Of a stretch of DNA of 64,000 nt, positions 10,331-21,512 are shown piece after piece (position 1 is the first letter of the stretch; the number at the start of each line of letters is the position of its first letter). The position numbers and the translations under genes are program-made. The DNA is taken from assembly GCA_965217865.1 (NCBI GenBank), contig CBDCJO010000002.1, positions 704,001 to 768,000 on the forward strand. Reading direction: 5' to 3'. Below the pieces are notes generated by a model. It was not told where the DNA came from. It searched no databases and saw nothing but the letters and a program-made list of their open reading frames with translations. The DNA comes from Candidatus Latescibacterota bacterium (GTDB lineage Bacteria > Latescibacterota > UBA2968 > SICM01).

Positions 10331-11654
10331 CCCATTGCACAGGTGCTGCGGAAATGGGGCATTCATTCCTCGGATCTAAAGCGTATTCGTGAGTCGGTCA
10401 AGTCCGGGGCCCTCAAGGAGTTCAAGGGTCGCCGGAGCCGCAAGCCGATGGTATCGGCTGAGGAGGTGGAGCAGCTGCGCAAAGAGCGGGCACGCCTGGA
10501 GCAAACGATCATTGAGCAATCTGTGGAACTTTCCCTGCTAAAAAAAAGTGTGAATGGGATCTGACAGGCCCGATCAAGGGCCACCGGGTGCAAGCTGAGG
10601 TCAAACGCGAGATCCTCTTAATGGTCCATCGGGCCAAGGAGAAAGGGGTGAAACTCACCCGTTCTTGCGAGATCCTACAGCTTCCCCTCCAGCGGTATTG
10701 TGCCTGGAGCCGGCGAGATCGAGAAGAGAAGCTGGATGGGGTGTCGGACCCGCTTTTGGATGGGAAGCCCGGGCCCGCCCCTGATGAGGCCCCACACGGA
10801 TTGCTGAGGGAGGAGAAAGAGCAAATCCCGGCCCTCTTAAGGGATGAGACCTATGCCGATCTGCCTCCCCATCAGCTGGCGGTGGTAGCCTCAGAGAAGG
10901 GGGTAGTGCAGGCCTCGGCCTCCAGCTTCTACCGACAGGCCAGGAAAGAACGTCTGGCACGCAGGAAACAGGTGAGGACGCCGGTCAAGCAGAGCAAGCC
11001 CCAGGTCAAACCTGAAGGTCCTAATCAGGTCTGGAGCTGGGACCTGACCTACATCCCATTTTTCGGTTTGTTCCTGTATTTTACCGCCATTCTCGACGTG
11101 TATTCCAGGAAGATCGTAGGATGGAAGCTCTCCTTCAACGCGACCGTGGAGCAGGTCAAACAGGCCTGGGATCAAGCCCTTGCCAACGAAGGACTGCTGG
11201 ACACTGGGCCCATAAGCTTGACAGCCCTCTCAGATCACGGATCTCAGATGAAGGCCAAATCGATGGCCCAATTCTTCAAGGACCTGGGCATCTCGCAGCT
11301 GTTTGCCCGATATCAAACACCCACGGACAACGCCTGGATCGAAGCCTTTTTCCGGACATTCAAATACGACTGGCTGCGCTTCCAGGACATCTTCACATTC
11401 CATCAACTGGAAGGCCTGATTGATTCCTTCATTCACAGCTACAACGCCGAACGCTATCACGGGGCAATACAGTATGTCACGCCTCTTCAGAGGCATAAAG
11501 GCCAGCATCAAAAGATTCTTCACCACCGACAAGGTCGAAAGGAGGAGGCTCGGCAGCGCCGCATAGAAATCAATCGGCAAAGAACATCCCAGACCATCCA
11601 CAAGGCTGCCTGAATCTTGCTTGGACCTTTATCTGCTTTTCTCTTGTTATCTCA
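10331..11654 (+). mobile_element. Second IS3-like element, left end missing
   Basis: Partial orfA 10331-10564 with an A-run+G slippery site at ~10539-10548. orfB 10588-11613 has WSWDLTY, SDHGSQM and DNAWIEAFF. Probable right end ...GTTATCTCA at 11654, where kinase homology breaks. Confidence 0.82.
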
Positions 11655-14600
11655 GAATAGATACAATTCTCATCTGAAGATGTTTTGATGGTGATGGTAC
11701 CCTTCTTTTCAATCGCTTGCGCTGCATTCCGCAATAAAGTCATGAAAACTTGATTGAGCTCGGCTTGATAACATCGAATCTCTGGAATATCACCATAATT
11801 TTGTTCAACGCGCACTCGGTCTTTCATTTCGTGTTGGATTAACGTCAAGGCGCTATCCAACCCTTCATGAATGTTTGCCTTTTCGAATTCGGCTTCATCC
11901 AATCTGGTAAAATTTCGCAAGCTGGTTACAACTTTCATAATTCTTTCACCGGCAGATGATGCGACCTGACGATTTTCTTCGAGGATTTGAAGAGACTTCT
12001 GATAGGCACTATTATCCTTGAGTTCAGCAAGGGTGTTACTATTTTCCAAAATTTGATTTATTTTTGTGCCACATCGACTCATGGTGTCCACTGTACTTTT
12101 GAGCGCACCAATCGGCGTATTAATTTCATGAACAATGCCTGCGGTAAGCTTTCCCAACGCCGCCATCTTTTCTGATTGCACCAACTGCACCTGCGTATCT
12201 CGTATCTCTTTGGTTTTTTCTGCTACCTGAATTTCAAGGTTTTTCCTTTGGGTCTCAATATTCCTTATCCTTCTTCTGTACCAGCCAAACGCCAATGCCA
12301 AAACAGATGCACCTGCAACAATCCTGAACCACCAGGTTTGCCAGGGCGGTCGGTCTACGACGACCCCCAGCTCGGCGATGTGGTCACCCCATACGCCGTC
12401 CTTGTCGGCCGCAACGACCTCGAGCGTATAGCTTCCTCCCTGCAGGGCGGCGTAGCGACCACGACGTGTGGTGCCTGCGTCGTACCAGTCCTCGTCCACG
12501 CCTTCGAGCCGATAGCGGTACTGAATGTCACCGACGCTCCGGTAGTCCAGCCCGGCGAACTCGAACTCGAAAAGGTTGTTTCGCCAATCGAGATGGATCG
12601 ATCGGATTTTCTCAGGCGCAGCGCCCAGAGTGAGCGGCTTGCCGCGCTGCGTGAGCGAGGTAATGTACACCGGGATGGAGGTGGAGGTGGTCTCATCCGT
12701 GATCGCCTCGGGGTGAAAGCGGATGATGGTGTTGTCTTCATAGAACCAGAGCTCACCGTCCTCGGTGACCAGCGGCCGAAAAGCCCCGATGTGAAAGTCC
12801 ACTCTGTAGAGCTGAGCATCGCCGGTCTTGGGATCGAAGCGGACGATTCCCCCGTCACCGCCTATCCATAGCTGGCCTCTCGGATACTCCGTGATCTGCC
12901 CGGCCGAGCCCATCGGAAACGTGCCATCGCGCTCGGAGAAGCGGCGAAACGTCCCGGTGTTGGGATCGAAACGGTTCAGCCCGGCTTCACTGCCGATCCA
13001 ATAGGTACCCGAGGAATCCTTGAAGAATTGGTACAGGGTGTTGCTGGCGAGCGTGGTCGGATCGTCCGGGTTGTGCTTGTACTTGACTACAACCTTCCCG
13101 GTACGCGGGTTAAATCGGTCGAGTCCGCCTCCCAGCGACGCAACCCAGATGAAGCCCTCATCGTCCTGGTAGATGGAGAGGGCGACGCCAACGCTGAAGC
13201 TCGTCTCGGATGAAGGATCCGGTTCGAAGTAGGTCGTTTCCCCCGTGGGCTTGTGAAACTTCAGCAGCCCCAAGCCGGCGGTGCCAAACCAGAGGATATC
13301 CGGATCGCCGCGGTCCTCGATGGGGCTGTGTGGCCAGGCCTTGGCAGGATAGGTCTTTTTTGCTTTGCCCGTCTCCCGGTCGACGAGGACGATCCAATTC
13401 ATCGACGTCATCCATAGGTTTCCCTGCGTATCCTCGATGAGCGCGTGCCCGTACGATTCCGGCAGGCTCTCGGGGTCGTCCGGAACGTGGCGGTAGTGCG
13501 TAAACGCGCCGGTCTTGCGGTCGTAGCGGTCCAGCCCCGCCCCCCCTACGGCAATCCACACCACGCCGGTGCGGTCCTCGATGATCTGGCCGATATACGA
13601 TCCTTTGCTCACACTGTTATGTACGCCCGGCACGTGTCGCACCGTCTGGAACCTCTGCCCCTTCGGGTCGTATCGATTGATCTCGCCGCCCAGGGCGACA
13701 ATCCATACTGCGCCCGAGTTGTCCATGACGATGTCCAGGAGGAGGTTGCTGCTGATGTCATCGGGATCGTTGGCCTCGGAGTTGTACTGGTAGGGCGAAA
13801 ACGTCTCGTTGTCGGGGTCGAATATGTTGAGTCCGCCCCCAAACGTCGTGATCCACAGCTTGCCGTCCGGGAACTCGATCATCGAATAGACAGAATTGCT
13901 ACTCAGACCGGATGCACGCTCGGAGTCGGCGACATAGTGGGTCACGGTCCGAGTGACAGGGTCGAGCCTCTGCAAGCCCCTCATGGGTTCCCACCCAGAT
14001 CTTTCCGCCGCTGCCTTCCATGATGACGTTGACGTTGCTGCCATGCAGGCTTATCGGATCGTCACTCCGGCTCGGGTATCGCTCGACAACGATCCCCTTG
14101 GTGGGATCGAACTTATGCAGACCGTGGATCGTGCCGACCCACAGGAAGCCATGTCGGTCCTGGATTATCGCGCTTACGAAGTTATCGATGAGCTTTGCGG
14201 AGTCGGTCGGGTCGCTGCTGTAACGGGTGAAGCGCTTCTCACTCTTATCGTACCGGTTCAACCCGTCTCCGGTCCCGACCCATATCGCTCCATCGCTATC
14301 CTCGACGATCGTCTGGAACATCAGGATGTTGTCGTTGCTAATGCTTTCGGGCTGCCGGGGATCGTGCTTGTATTGAGTGAACCTGTCGGTCGCCTTGTCA
14401 TAAGAGCAGAGCCCGCTTGTCGTGCCGATCCAAAGGATACCCTCGCTGTCCTCGTAGAGGGCGTTCACGAAGTTTCCGGTGATGGAGTGCTCGCCAGCGG
14501 AGTAACGGTGGAAATCGTAGCCGTTGTACTTGACCAGTCCACTTTGCGTGGCCAACCACCAAAAGCCGTCCCGATCTTGAAGGATTGCGAATAAATCGAA

Positions 14601-14750
14601 CCCTGTCGCGATCTTCTCGAAGCGCGGGGACTGCGCCCGGGCGGTGGACAGCTCCGCATGCGCTTCAGGTGTTTTAACTTCTTGTGATTGTCCGAACCCT
14701 GTCGCCAGGCCGATTAGAATAAAGCCTATAAAGATGACCTGTTTTGTCAT
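11655..14750 (-). pseudogene. Sensor histidine kinase (Reg_prop beta-propellers, Y_Y_Y, HisKA), HATPase truncated by IS; +1 frameshift at ~13978
   Basis: Repeated WxGT-xGLxRYD blades, QYRYRLEG, TM, QLVQSEKMAALGKLTAGIVHEINTP, LNQVFMTLLRNAAQA. G-boxes lost at the IS end. ORFs 13899..14750 and 11570..14044 join by removing one C of 13977-13980. Confidence 0.85.
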
Positions 14751-14769
14751 AGCCTATTTTTCCTTCTTT

Positions 14770-14905
14770 TTATTTGTCAGCGGGAAAGTAAACACTGAAG
14801 GTCGTCTTACCGGGTTGACTTTCTACTTTAATTTTCCCGCCGTGCTTATCTATTATCTTCCTCACAATATCCAACCCAAGGCCGCAACCTTCTCCGGTTG
14901 GCTTA
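14770..14905 (-). pseudogene. 3' tail of another histidine kinase (G2 box)
   Basis: [44 protein letters not shown]. Confidence 0.75.
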
Positions 14906-15328
14906 GAGTGTGGAGCAATTGCCGTCCCCAGCAAAGTTTACCCTCAATATACCGTTCTCGTTGAGAGCACGATAGAGAATCGGCAAGAGCATCTCATGAT
15001 CCCTGACCCAATGTAGAGTCGCGTTGGAGAATATCACGTCGAATTCGCCGCGGAAGTCAGCATCGAGCACATCGAGCAACTGGAAACAAAGATTGGGACG
15101 TTTTTGAGACCTAGCAGTGTCGATCATTCCCGCTGAAGCGTCAATCCCAAGGACTGATCCGTGAGAGACTCCATCTGCGAGATTAGTAGTTAGTGCGCCG
15201 TCACCACAGCCTATATCGAGAATACGTTCGTTCCCACGGAGGTTCAGCTCTTCGATCAGCCGAGCTCCCCACTCTTTCTGGTGGGTAGATGTTTCTCGAT
15301 AGCGCTTTCCATCGAATTCAGTTGGCAT
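14903..15328 (-). pseudogene. Class I SAM methyltransferase (trans-aconitate MTase-like), 3' truncated
   Basis: ILDIGCGDG, VLGIDAS, FDVIFSNATLHW; ends abruptly at the junction with the kinase tail. Confidence 0.75.
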
Positions 15329-15420
15329 ATTACATGACCTCCCCGATAATGTTCCGCCGCTTGCCAAGTCGCCTGAGGAACGAAGCTGCTTCATCCTACA
15401 GTTCTTCATCAGCTGCATGC

Positions 15421-15945
15421 TCAGATTTGAGCCTCAACCAGAGCTCGGCTAACATCATCAAGCTTTCTATAGTCTGGAATCTCGTATCGGTTTCTATCTG
15501 CATCATAGATTATGATCCGACCACTTTTCATAATTCTTATGTCATTATGTGTGTTCTCGGCCTCAAAGACAGTTCGTCCCTTGTTTGTCTCTACGTCCCA
15601 AATATTGATTGCCAGATGTGATTTGATGGAATTTATTCGGATAATTCTTGGAGCAAAATATACCATGTTCAACTGGGCGTATAGAACATGTTGACTATCC
15701 GGATCAAGATCGGAGACCTTTCTTATGATTCCTAACTCATCACCCTCGACTTTCTTTACAGCAATATACTGATCCTCCATAGTTAATGGAAAAGCACGCC
15801 GGAGTATGAGAGGGCTATGTGTAACTCCTTTCTCAAGTTCTACTGTGAGATCATCAAACTCGTTGAGGGAAAACCGGACTCGCTCTGGGTTAAAAAAATG
15901 TAATTCTCCCTCTATGTCACATATATCTTCTTGCCGTGTTTGCAT
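15421..15945 (-). CDS. DUF1854 domain protein
   Basis: RRAFPLT...ELGII...YFAPRIIRI...WDVETNKG...YEIPDYRKLD; low GC. Confidence 0.8.
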   Translation of the reverse strand: MQTRQEDICDIEGELHFFNPERVRFSLNEFDDLTVELEKGVTHSPLILRRAFPLTMEDQYIAVKKVEGDELGIIRKVSDLDPDSQHVLYAQLNMVYFAPRIIRINSIKSHLAINIWDVETNKGRTVFEAENTHNDIRIMKSGRIIIYDADRNRYEIPDYRKLDDVSRALVEAQI

Positions 15946-16374
15946 TTTCCTCTCCTTGCATTTTACCAAGCGTGAATCCTTAACATCTCACTTTGCATTC
16001 GGCAGGAGATCCAATTAAGGACAGACTACGTGCACCGTTGAATGCATACTCCAGCGGCTTGCGGTCGCAGAACTTGCAACTGCACTTTACAAGCAACGAG
16101 GTTCCGGGGGGAGCCTAAAGCAGCTAAAAGAGACGAAAAAGTGCTCAACTTGGATCCCCACTCCCCGGTATACGGGTTAGGGAGAGATCGTGGATTCTGG
16201 AGGCAAAAGGCCGCTTCTACAGGCGGTGTGGGTGAAATCTTGGGGAGGTCATAGATGTGGGGTGGCTCAATATCTTGCTAAAGAGGTACCAGGGGCTCCA
16301 AGGGACCAATCTCAGGCCCAAAATTCTGCAGCTCATTACCCGGGATGTCATAGATTACCTCTTGCCCCAGGATA

Positions 16375-16390
16375 TGCAAGGGGTATGCCA
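16375..16390 (-). promoter_or_regulatory. Putative sigma54 (-24/-12) promoter
   Basis: TGGCAT-ACCCC-TTGCA on the minus strand; canonical spacing, intergenic. Confidence 0.55.
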
Positions 16391-16773
16391 CCACAAAAAC
16401 AGTTCGGAAACTGATGAAAGTTCAAGTCATGTGAAAATTTTTTTCATCCGTGACTTTCGGTTCCTGCACGCGATTTTCAAACCGTTGATGCTGGAAACGG
16501 GATTCGATTCGAATACAGAGGAGGATGCTGGGGAACACGAGAAGCTTCGGGGGAATCTAAATGATAGGAGGCTGTTTAACCCCAGCAATGAAAAAGCCCC
16601 GAGTGATCAAACTCCGGGGCCTACGACATTTTCCTAACATTTCCTTTTCATGGGGGTATTGTTCCCCCAAATTGGCATTGGATGTTCTACCTATTTGTGA
16701 TCAATATCACGACCTTCCAACCGACAAATATGGATGTGTTCCGGAAAAGTTCCGTTCCCTCGTCCTTTTACAC

Positions 16774-18151
16774 TTACCCCCCAAAACTCTCCGCGAATAT
16801 AAAAAAGTCATCCAAATCGACCTTCCCGCTACCGTCCATGTCGAACTTCGGATCAAAGTCCGGATCGTCCTGCTCCGAGTTGAATGCCGCGGCAAATTCG
16901 ATAAAATCGTCGAAGTCCACCTTTCCGTCGCCCGTGAAGTCCCCTGGGGATCGCGCCCTCGACAGTGAACGTGACCGAATCGAAGGCGCTTTCCGGATCC
17001 GTCACGATCAAAGTCAACGTCTCCTGGTCCCTCCAGTCCGCAGGCGCCGTAATGGACAGTATTTGGTTTTCATCCACGGAGGCGGCCACGACCGACCCTC
17101 CGCTGAAGGTCCACCGCAGGAATGAGACGGGGACGTCGGAATCCGAAACAAAGAGGGAGAGGTCGATGGGTTCGGAACTCCCCCCCACAAGCAGGAACTC
17201 AGTCGGAAATTCTTCGATGATGACAGGGGGACGATTCGCCGGGTTGACGCGGAGGGTTGCATCCCCCGATGCGGATCCACCGGCAGGGTTCGTTACCGTG
17301 AATGAAAGGATCGTCTCTCCGGTGTATCCGTCAGGGGGCTTCACCGAAACCTCCTTGGCCGGATCATCGATTGTCACGACAAATCCCGAATCCTGAGCAG
17401 AAACCGCCCACTCAAGTTGATCCGTCGAATAGTCGGGGTCCGATGCCAGAGGGATCAGATCCAGGACAAGCGTAGAATCCCTTCGCATAGCCAGAAAAAC
17501 AGGAAGGTCCAGGAGGGGAGGCGGAACTGCCAGGTGCAAGGCGTTCCAGGCGGCCAAGGGAAAGGTCAGGCCCTCGGCGGTCTGGATCTGGAAGGAGGAT
17601 CTGAAAGTCGCAGTATCAGGCTCGACCGAAACGATCACCTCCCCCCCGTGAGGAATCGGTTGGATCATCCGGAACGACATCGAAGCGACCAGACCCGAAT
17701 CCGACGACGTGATCCCTGAAAGCAGTCCCTCGGCGTAGATGATCCCGTTGTACTTATTCGGATTCTCCGTGTTGAATTCGTTCGCAATCTCGTTCGACCC
17801 GGTGATCAACCCCTCCGAACGGACCGGCTGGAGTCCCGATACCACAGTGTCCGCATCGATCGGGAAGAGAAACTCGGGATCGAACCGGATGTAGAATTCC
17901 ACACCCGTCAGGGCCTGGCCCATCACGCCATTGACGATGACGTTCACAACGATAGTGTCGCCCACCTGAGCATTTCGCAGCGTGTCTCCGCTTGCCCGAT
18001 CGATCAACCCGATTTGACTTCTCGGCAGATCAAACCCATCTCCGAAGGCCTCCCCGATTGATATGAAAAGCAGGAAACCTGTCAGGGATATCCGTAAAAT
18101 CCGAAGATGGTGCTCGATCGGCCGACCCTTCCGTCCTTCGAAGTTCGCCAG
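16774..18151 (-). CDS. Secreted cohesin-like / Ig-like / dockerin-like EF-hand protein; +1 frameshift at ~16947; start uncertain
   Basis: Signal-like RILRISLTGFLLFISIG in frame upstream of 18007; cohesin-like VGDTIVVNV...FDPEFL; two Ig repeats. Shifted tail GDFTGDGKVDFDDF...FDMDGSGKVDLDDFFIFAESFGG*. Confidence 0.72.
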
Positions 18152-18326
18152 GGCCTTCTCCTTTTCGGCGTCAACCGTCTGGTTTTGGGGAAATGTGATG
18201 AGCCCGGTTTAAGGGATCAGAACAGGTTTTGGGAGTAGAAAGACAGGTTGGAAGATCAGGGTGGGATTGAGCTAACCGGTCGGGAAAAAATTCCCGGAGT
18301 GAGAACCGCTCAGCCTAGTTAACTTT

Positions 18327-21300
18327 TTACCGCAAAAGCAGCATCCGCCTTACCCCTCGAAACGTCCCGGTCTCCAGCCTGTAGAAATAGTTGACCGTTG
18401 AATCGGCGTTGAAATCCGCTACCCACGCAGGATCCGTGGAATCCGTGATGTTGATCGTTGCGAAGTGTTTCGCGAGAAGACCGAAATCCGCGAGGTTTAC
18501 GTTGTTGTCGTTGTCGGCGTCGCCTCCCCGCAACTCATTGAAGACCGCCCCGGCGGAGGAGACCCACTGGAAGGAAATCGGGGCGAGCGTCGTATCCGGC
18601 CCAACCGTGAGAGAGTCCCCCGTAACCCGTCCCCTCAAGTAATGGAAAGCCTTCACGTATGCGGCGTATGTACCCGTTGGAACCTGGATGAGTGAGAACT
18701 CACCTTCCTCATCGAGCGTAAGCTGGATCCCTTCACGGTTTTTGTCCTGGTCGTTCGCGGGTGTGTAGGCCGTTGAAAGAGGGAGTCCATCCGTCTTTCG
18801 GAGATCCACCCGCACATCAAGATCAAGATCCGTTGTGCGGCCCTGAAAGTCCACCCCTCCATTGATGCGGTAGTTCTGTACCACAAAGGTGGCGGGCTGT
18901 TGCGGAAGGTTGGGGGAAATGGCGGATCCGTCAGCGGAGTTGATCAGCACGGTTCTCCGATTGTTAGCGGCATCGTTGGAGATGGCCAGGGTGGTCACGG
19001 TGTCCTTTGCGGTTGAGAAAGAGATCGTCCCGATTTCGAGGGTGAGACCGTCGCTCAGGGAGAGGGAACCGACCGAGAGATTGATCATTCCCGTAGTATC
19101 CGCAACCACTTTGTTTTCGAGCACCTGCATCCCGCCGGATAAGAGATCGGTATTCAAGGAGAACGGCTGAAGCCCCTCCTCCTCCGGTATGCCGTCCAGA
19201 ACCGTTACCGCCGTCGAATCGAAGTCCAGAAAAAGTGAGATTCCGCTTAACTCGAAACTCAGCGGGTCGAGGGTAACTCGCACGGAGACCGTGTCTCCAA
19301 CGCTGTAAATGCCCAGATTTGAAAATTCGAAGTCGAGGTTGCCGTCGCGATTGCCGACCGAGCGGAAGCCACGCCGAAGTTGTCCTCCGCCGTGACGTAA
19401 TAGTAGAAGGGTACTCCCAGGGTCGCCGTGCTGTCCACGCCGCTTCGCGTAACGATCGTGGAATCCCGGGATACGAACGGATCCGAGGTGCTCACGGTGA
19501 CGATCCGGGTATAGACCCCGTCATTGGCATCGGACCGGAAAACCTCGTAAGTTGAAGTTCTGCCCGTCTCTTCATCCACCCTGGGTTGTTCCCACACCAG
19601 GGTGATCCGCCCACCCAGATCCGCAGGGGTGTCCGAGGCCGTCAGGTTCCGGGGAGGGGCTGGGGGTTTGATAGAAGCGGAAAGGACGTTCTGGAACAGA
19701 ACAACCGCATTGGCCCCGGAAGAAACCGCGACCGCATCAGGCCGCCCATCCCCGTCGTAATCCGCGGTCTCGACCCTGTCGATACCGGTGAGGCTACCCT
19801 GATTCGGACCTGCACCGAGCTTCCCTGTCCCATCGTTGATCAGGGATTCGACCGTCGAAACTCCATTCCCGGTCTGGGTTGCAACCGCCAGATCGGGCCT
19901 TCCGTCTCCATTGAAGTCCTTCGCAACGATCGACCTCGGACCGGCCCCCACGGCGTGCTCCTGAAGGGGAAAGAAGGTCCCCCGGCCGCCGTTCAGGAAG
20001 ACCGAGATCGTGTTGACGTTGTCGTTCGCGGTCAGCAGATCAAGATCCGTATCCCCGTCAAGGTCCATCACGGCCACAGACTCGATTGGATGTCCCACAA
20101 ACAGATCGAGGAAAAAGCTGAACCCCCCGAATCCATCGTTCCTGAGAATCGTAACGCTCTGACCCACCCGATTGCCCACGACCAGGTCCGGGTTCCCGTC
20201 CTCATCCACATCCCCCGCCACAATCGACCGGGGATCACCCCCCACGGGTACATCTTTCCGGACGAAGAATCCCCCCACCTGGTTGATCAGCACCGAGACG
20301 GTGTTGTCGTCCCCGTTGGCAACGGCCAGGTCTACGAGAGCCTGGGTATCCAGGTTTGCCGACACGATCGCGATCGGATTTTTTCCAACCCCATAAGTGA
20401 CCTGCGAGGCGCTTGTCACATCGATTCGGTAAACCCCGTTGAACGTCCCGGAGTAAGCCCGATTCACCTGGATGGGATCGACGGCCATCGAACGTGAAGT
20501 CAGTCCCGTAGGCAGGGAAGCGATCGGATCCCAGATCTCCGCGCCGACGGTACTTCGGAAAACGTCCTCGATGAGAGTTCCCCCGTAAAGAAATTCCGGA
20601 TTGGACGGCGCTTGCGCAAGCGATAGAACATCGGAGGTGTCGGAGATCCCACCCTGTTTCTTCACCCAGTTGTTCCCCCCATCGGTCGACTTATAAAACC
20701 CATTCGCAGCGACCCCGGCATAGGGCCGGGTTGATCAGCATACCTCTTAACGCGTCGCTCGGACCCGTGGGAAGACCGTTCGAGATCGGGACCCAGTTCG
20801 CGGTTCCTCCCTGGTTCCTGAACACTCCGTCGGTGAGCGTCCCCGCAAAGACCACCGTGTCCAGGCTCGTCGGGTGGTTCGCGATGAAGTAGACGTTGGA
20901 AAGGCTATCCGGAGAACCCCCGGTGAACGTGGAATCCCGGCGATTGAAAACGGACCAGGACGCCCCTGAATCCGTGCTCCTGAAAAGACCTGATGTCAGG
21001 GTCCCTGCATACATGAGGGTCGTATCCTGCGGATCGATGGCGATGGCGTGGATCGTATTCATCTCCGAAGGCTGGCCCGGCAACTTGGTCCAGGTTGAAC
21101 CGTCTACTGTCTTATAGATTCCGTCGTTTGACGTCCCTGCATAGAGGACCCGGGGGTTTGACGGATTCGAGATGAGTTCAAAGATGCCCTGGGCAGGGAT
21201 GCGGGTCCCGAAACCGCCCGCCGAGGTGTCCCCCGTCGAGGCTCGCACCTTCAGGAGCCCCTGGTCCGTTCCGACATAGAGGGTATCGGGGGCCCTTGGG

Positions 21301-21440
21301 TCCGGGAGGATCGCATTAACCGGTCGGCTGCCCGGTGAGACCTCGGCTGTTGTGGAGATCAGAGTCCATACGTCGCCCTGTGCGGGGAGTGCGGAAGGCA
21401 CAAGGAGCAATGTCAAAAAGGTGTGAAATATATATTTCAT
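18327..21440 (-). pseudogene. Large secreted protein (VPS10/BNR propeller, FG-GAP repeats, FN3, cohesin, dockerin-like, CTD tail) in three frames
   Basis: ORFs 20691..21440, 19259..20665 and 18327..19283 form one domain series. Breaks at ~20725 and ~19330 look like small deletions; ends YFYRLETGTFRGVRRMLLLR. Confidence 0.72.
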
Positions 21441-21512
21441 ATCAGATTGGATGTTGGATTAAAAACCAGCTTTCTTCTGTATTCTATACTCTGTATTCTG
21501 CCTCTTCTTTCC

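Noticed and set aside
8175-10342. 12-bp inverted match CCCATTGCACAG at two junctions (8175-8186, 10331-10342)
   Set aside because: Matches of this length are expected by chance in a region this size; both encode PIAQ in unrelated proteins and there is no inversion evidence.
1200-16100. Intact integron or prophage
   Set aside because: No tyrosine or serine integrase, no phage genes and no repeated complete attC sites; junctions fall inside genes.
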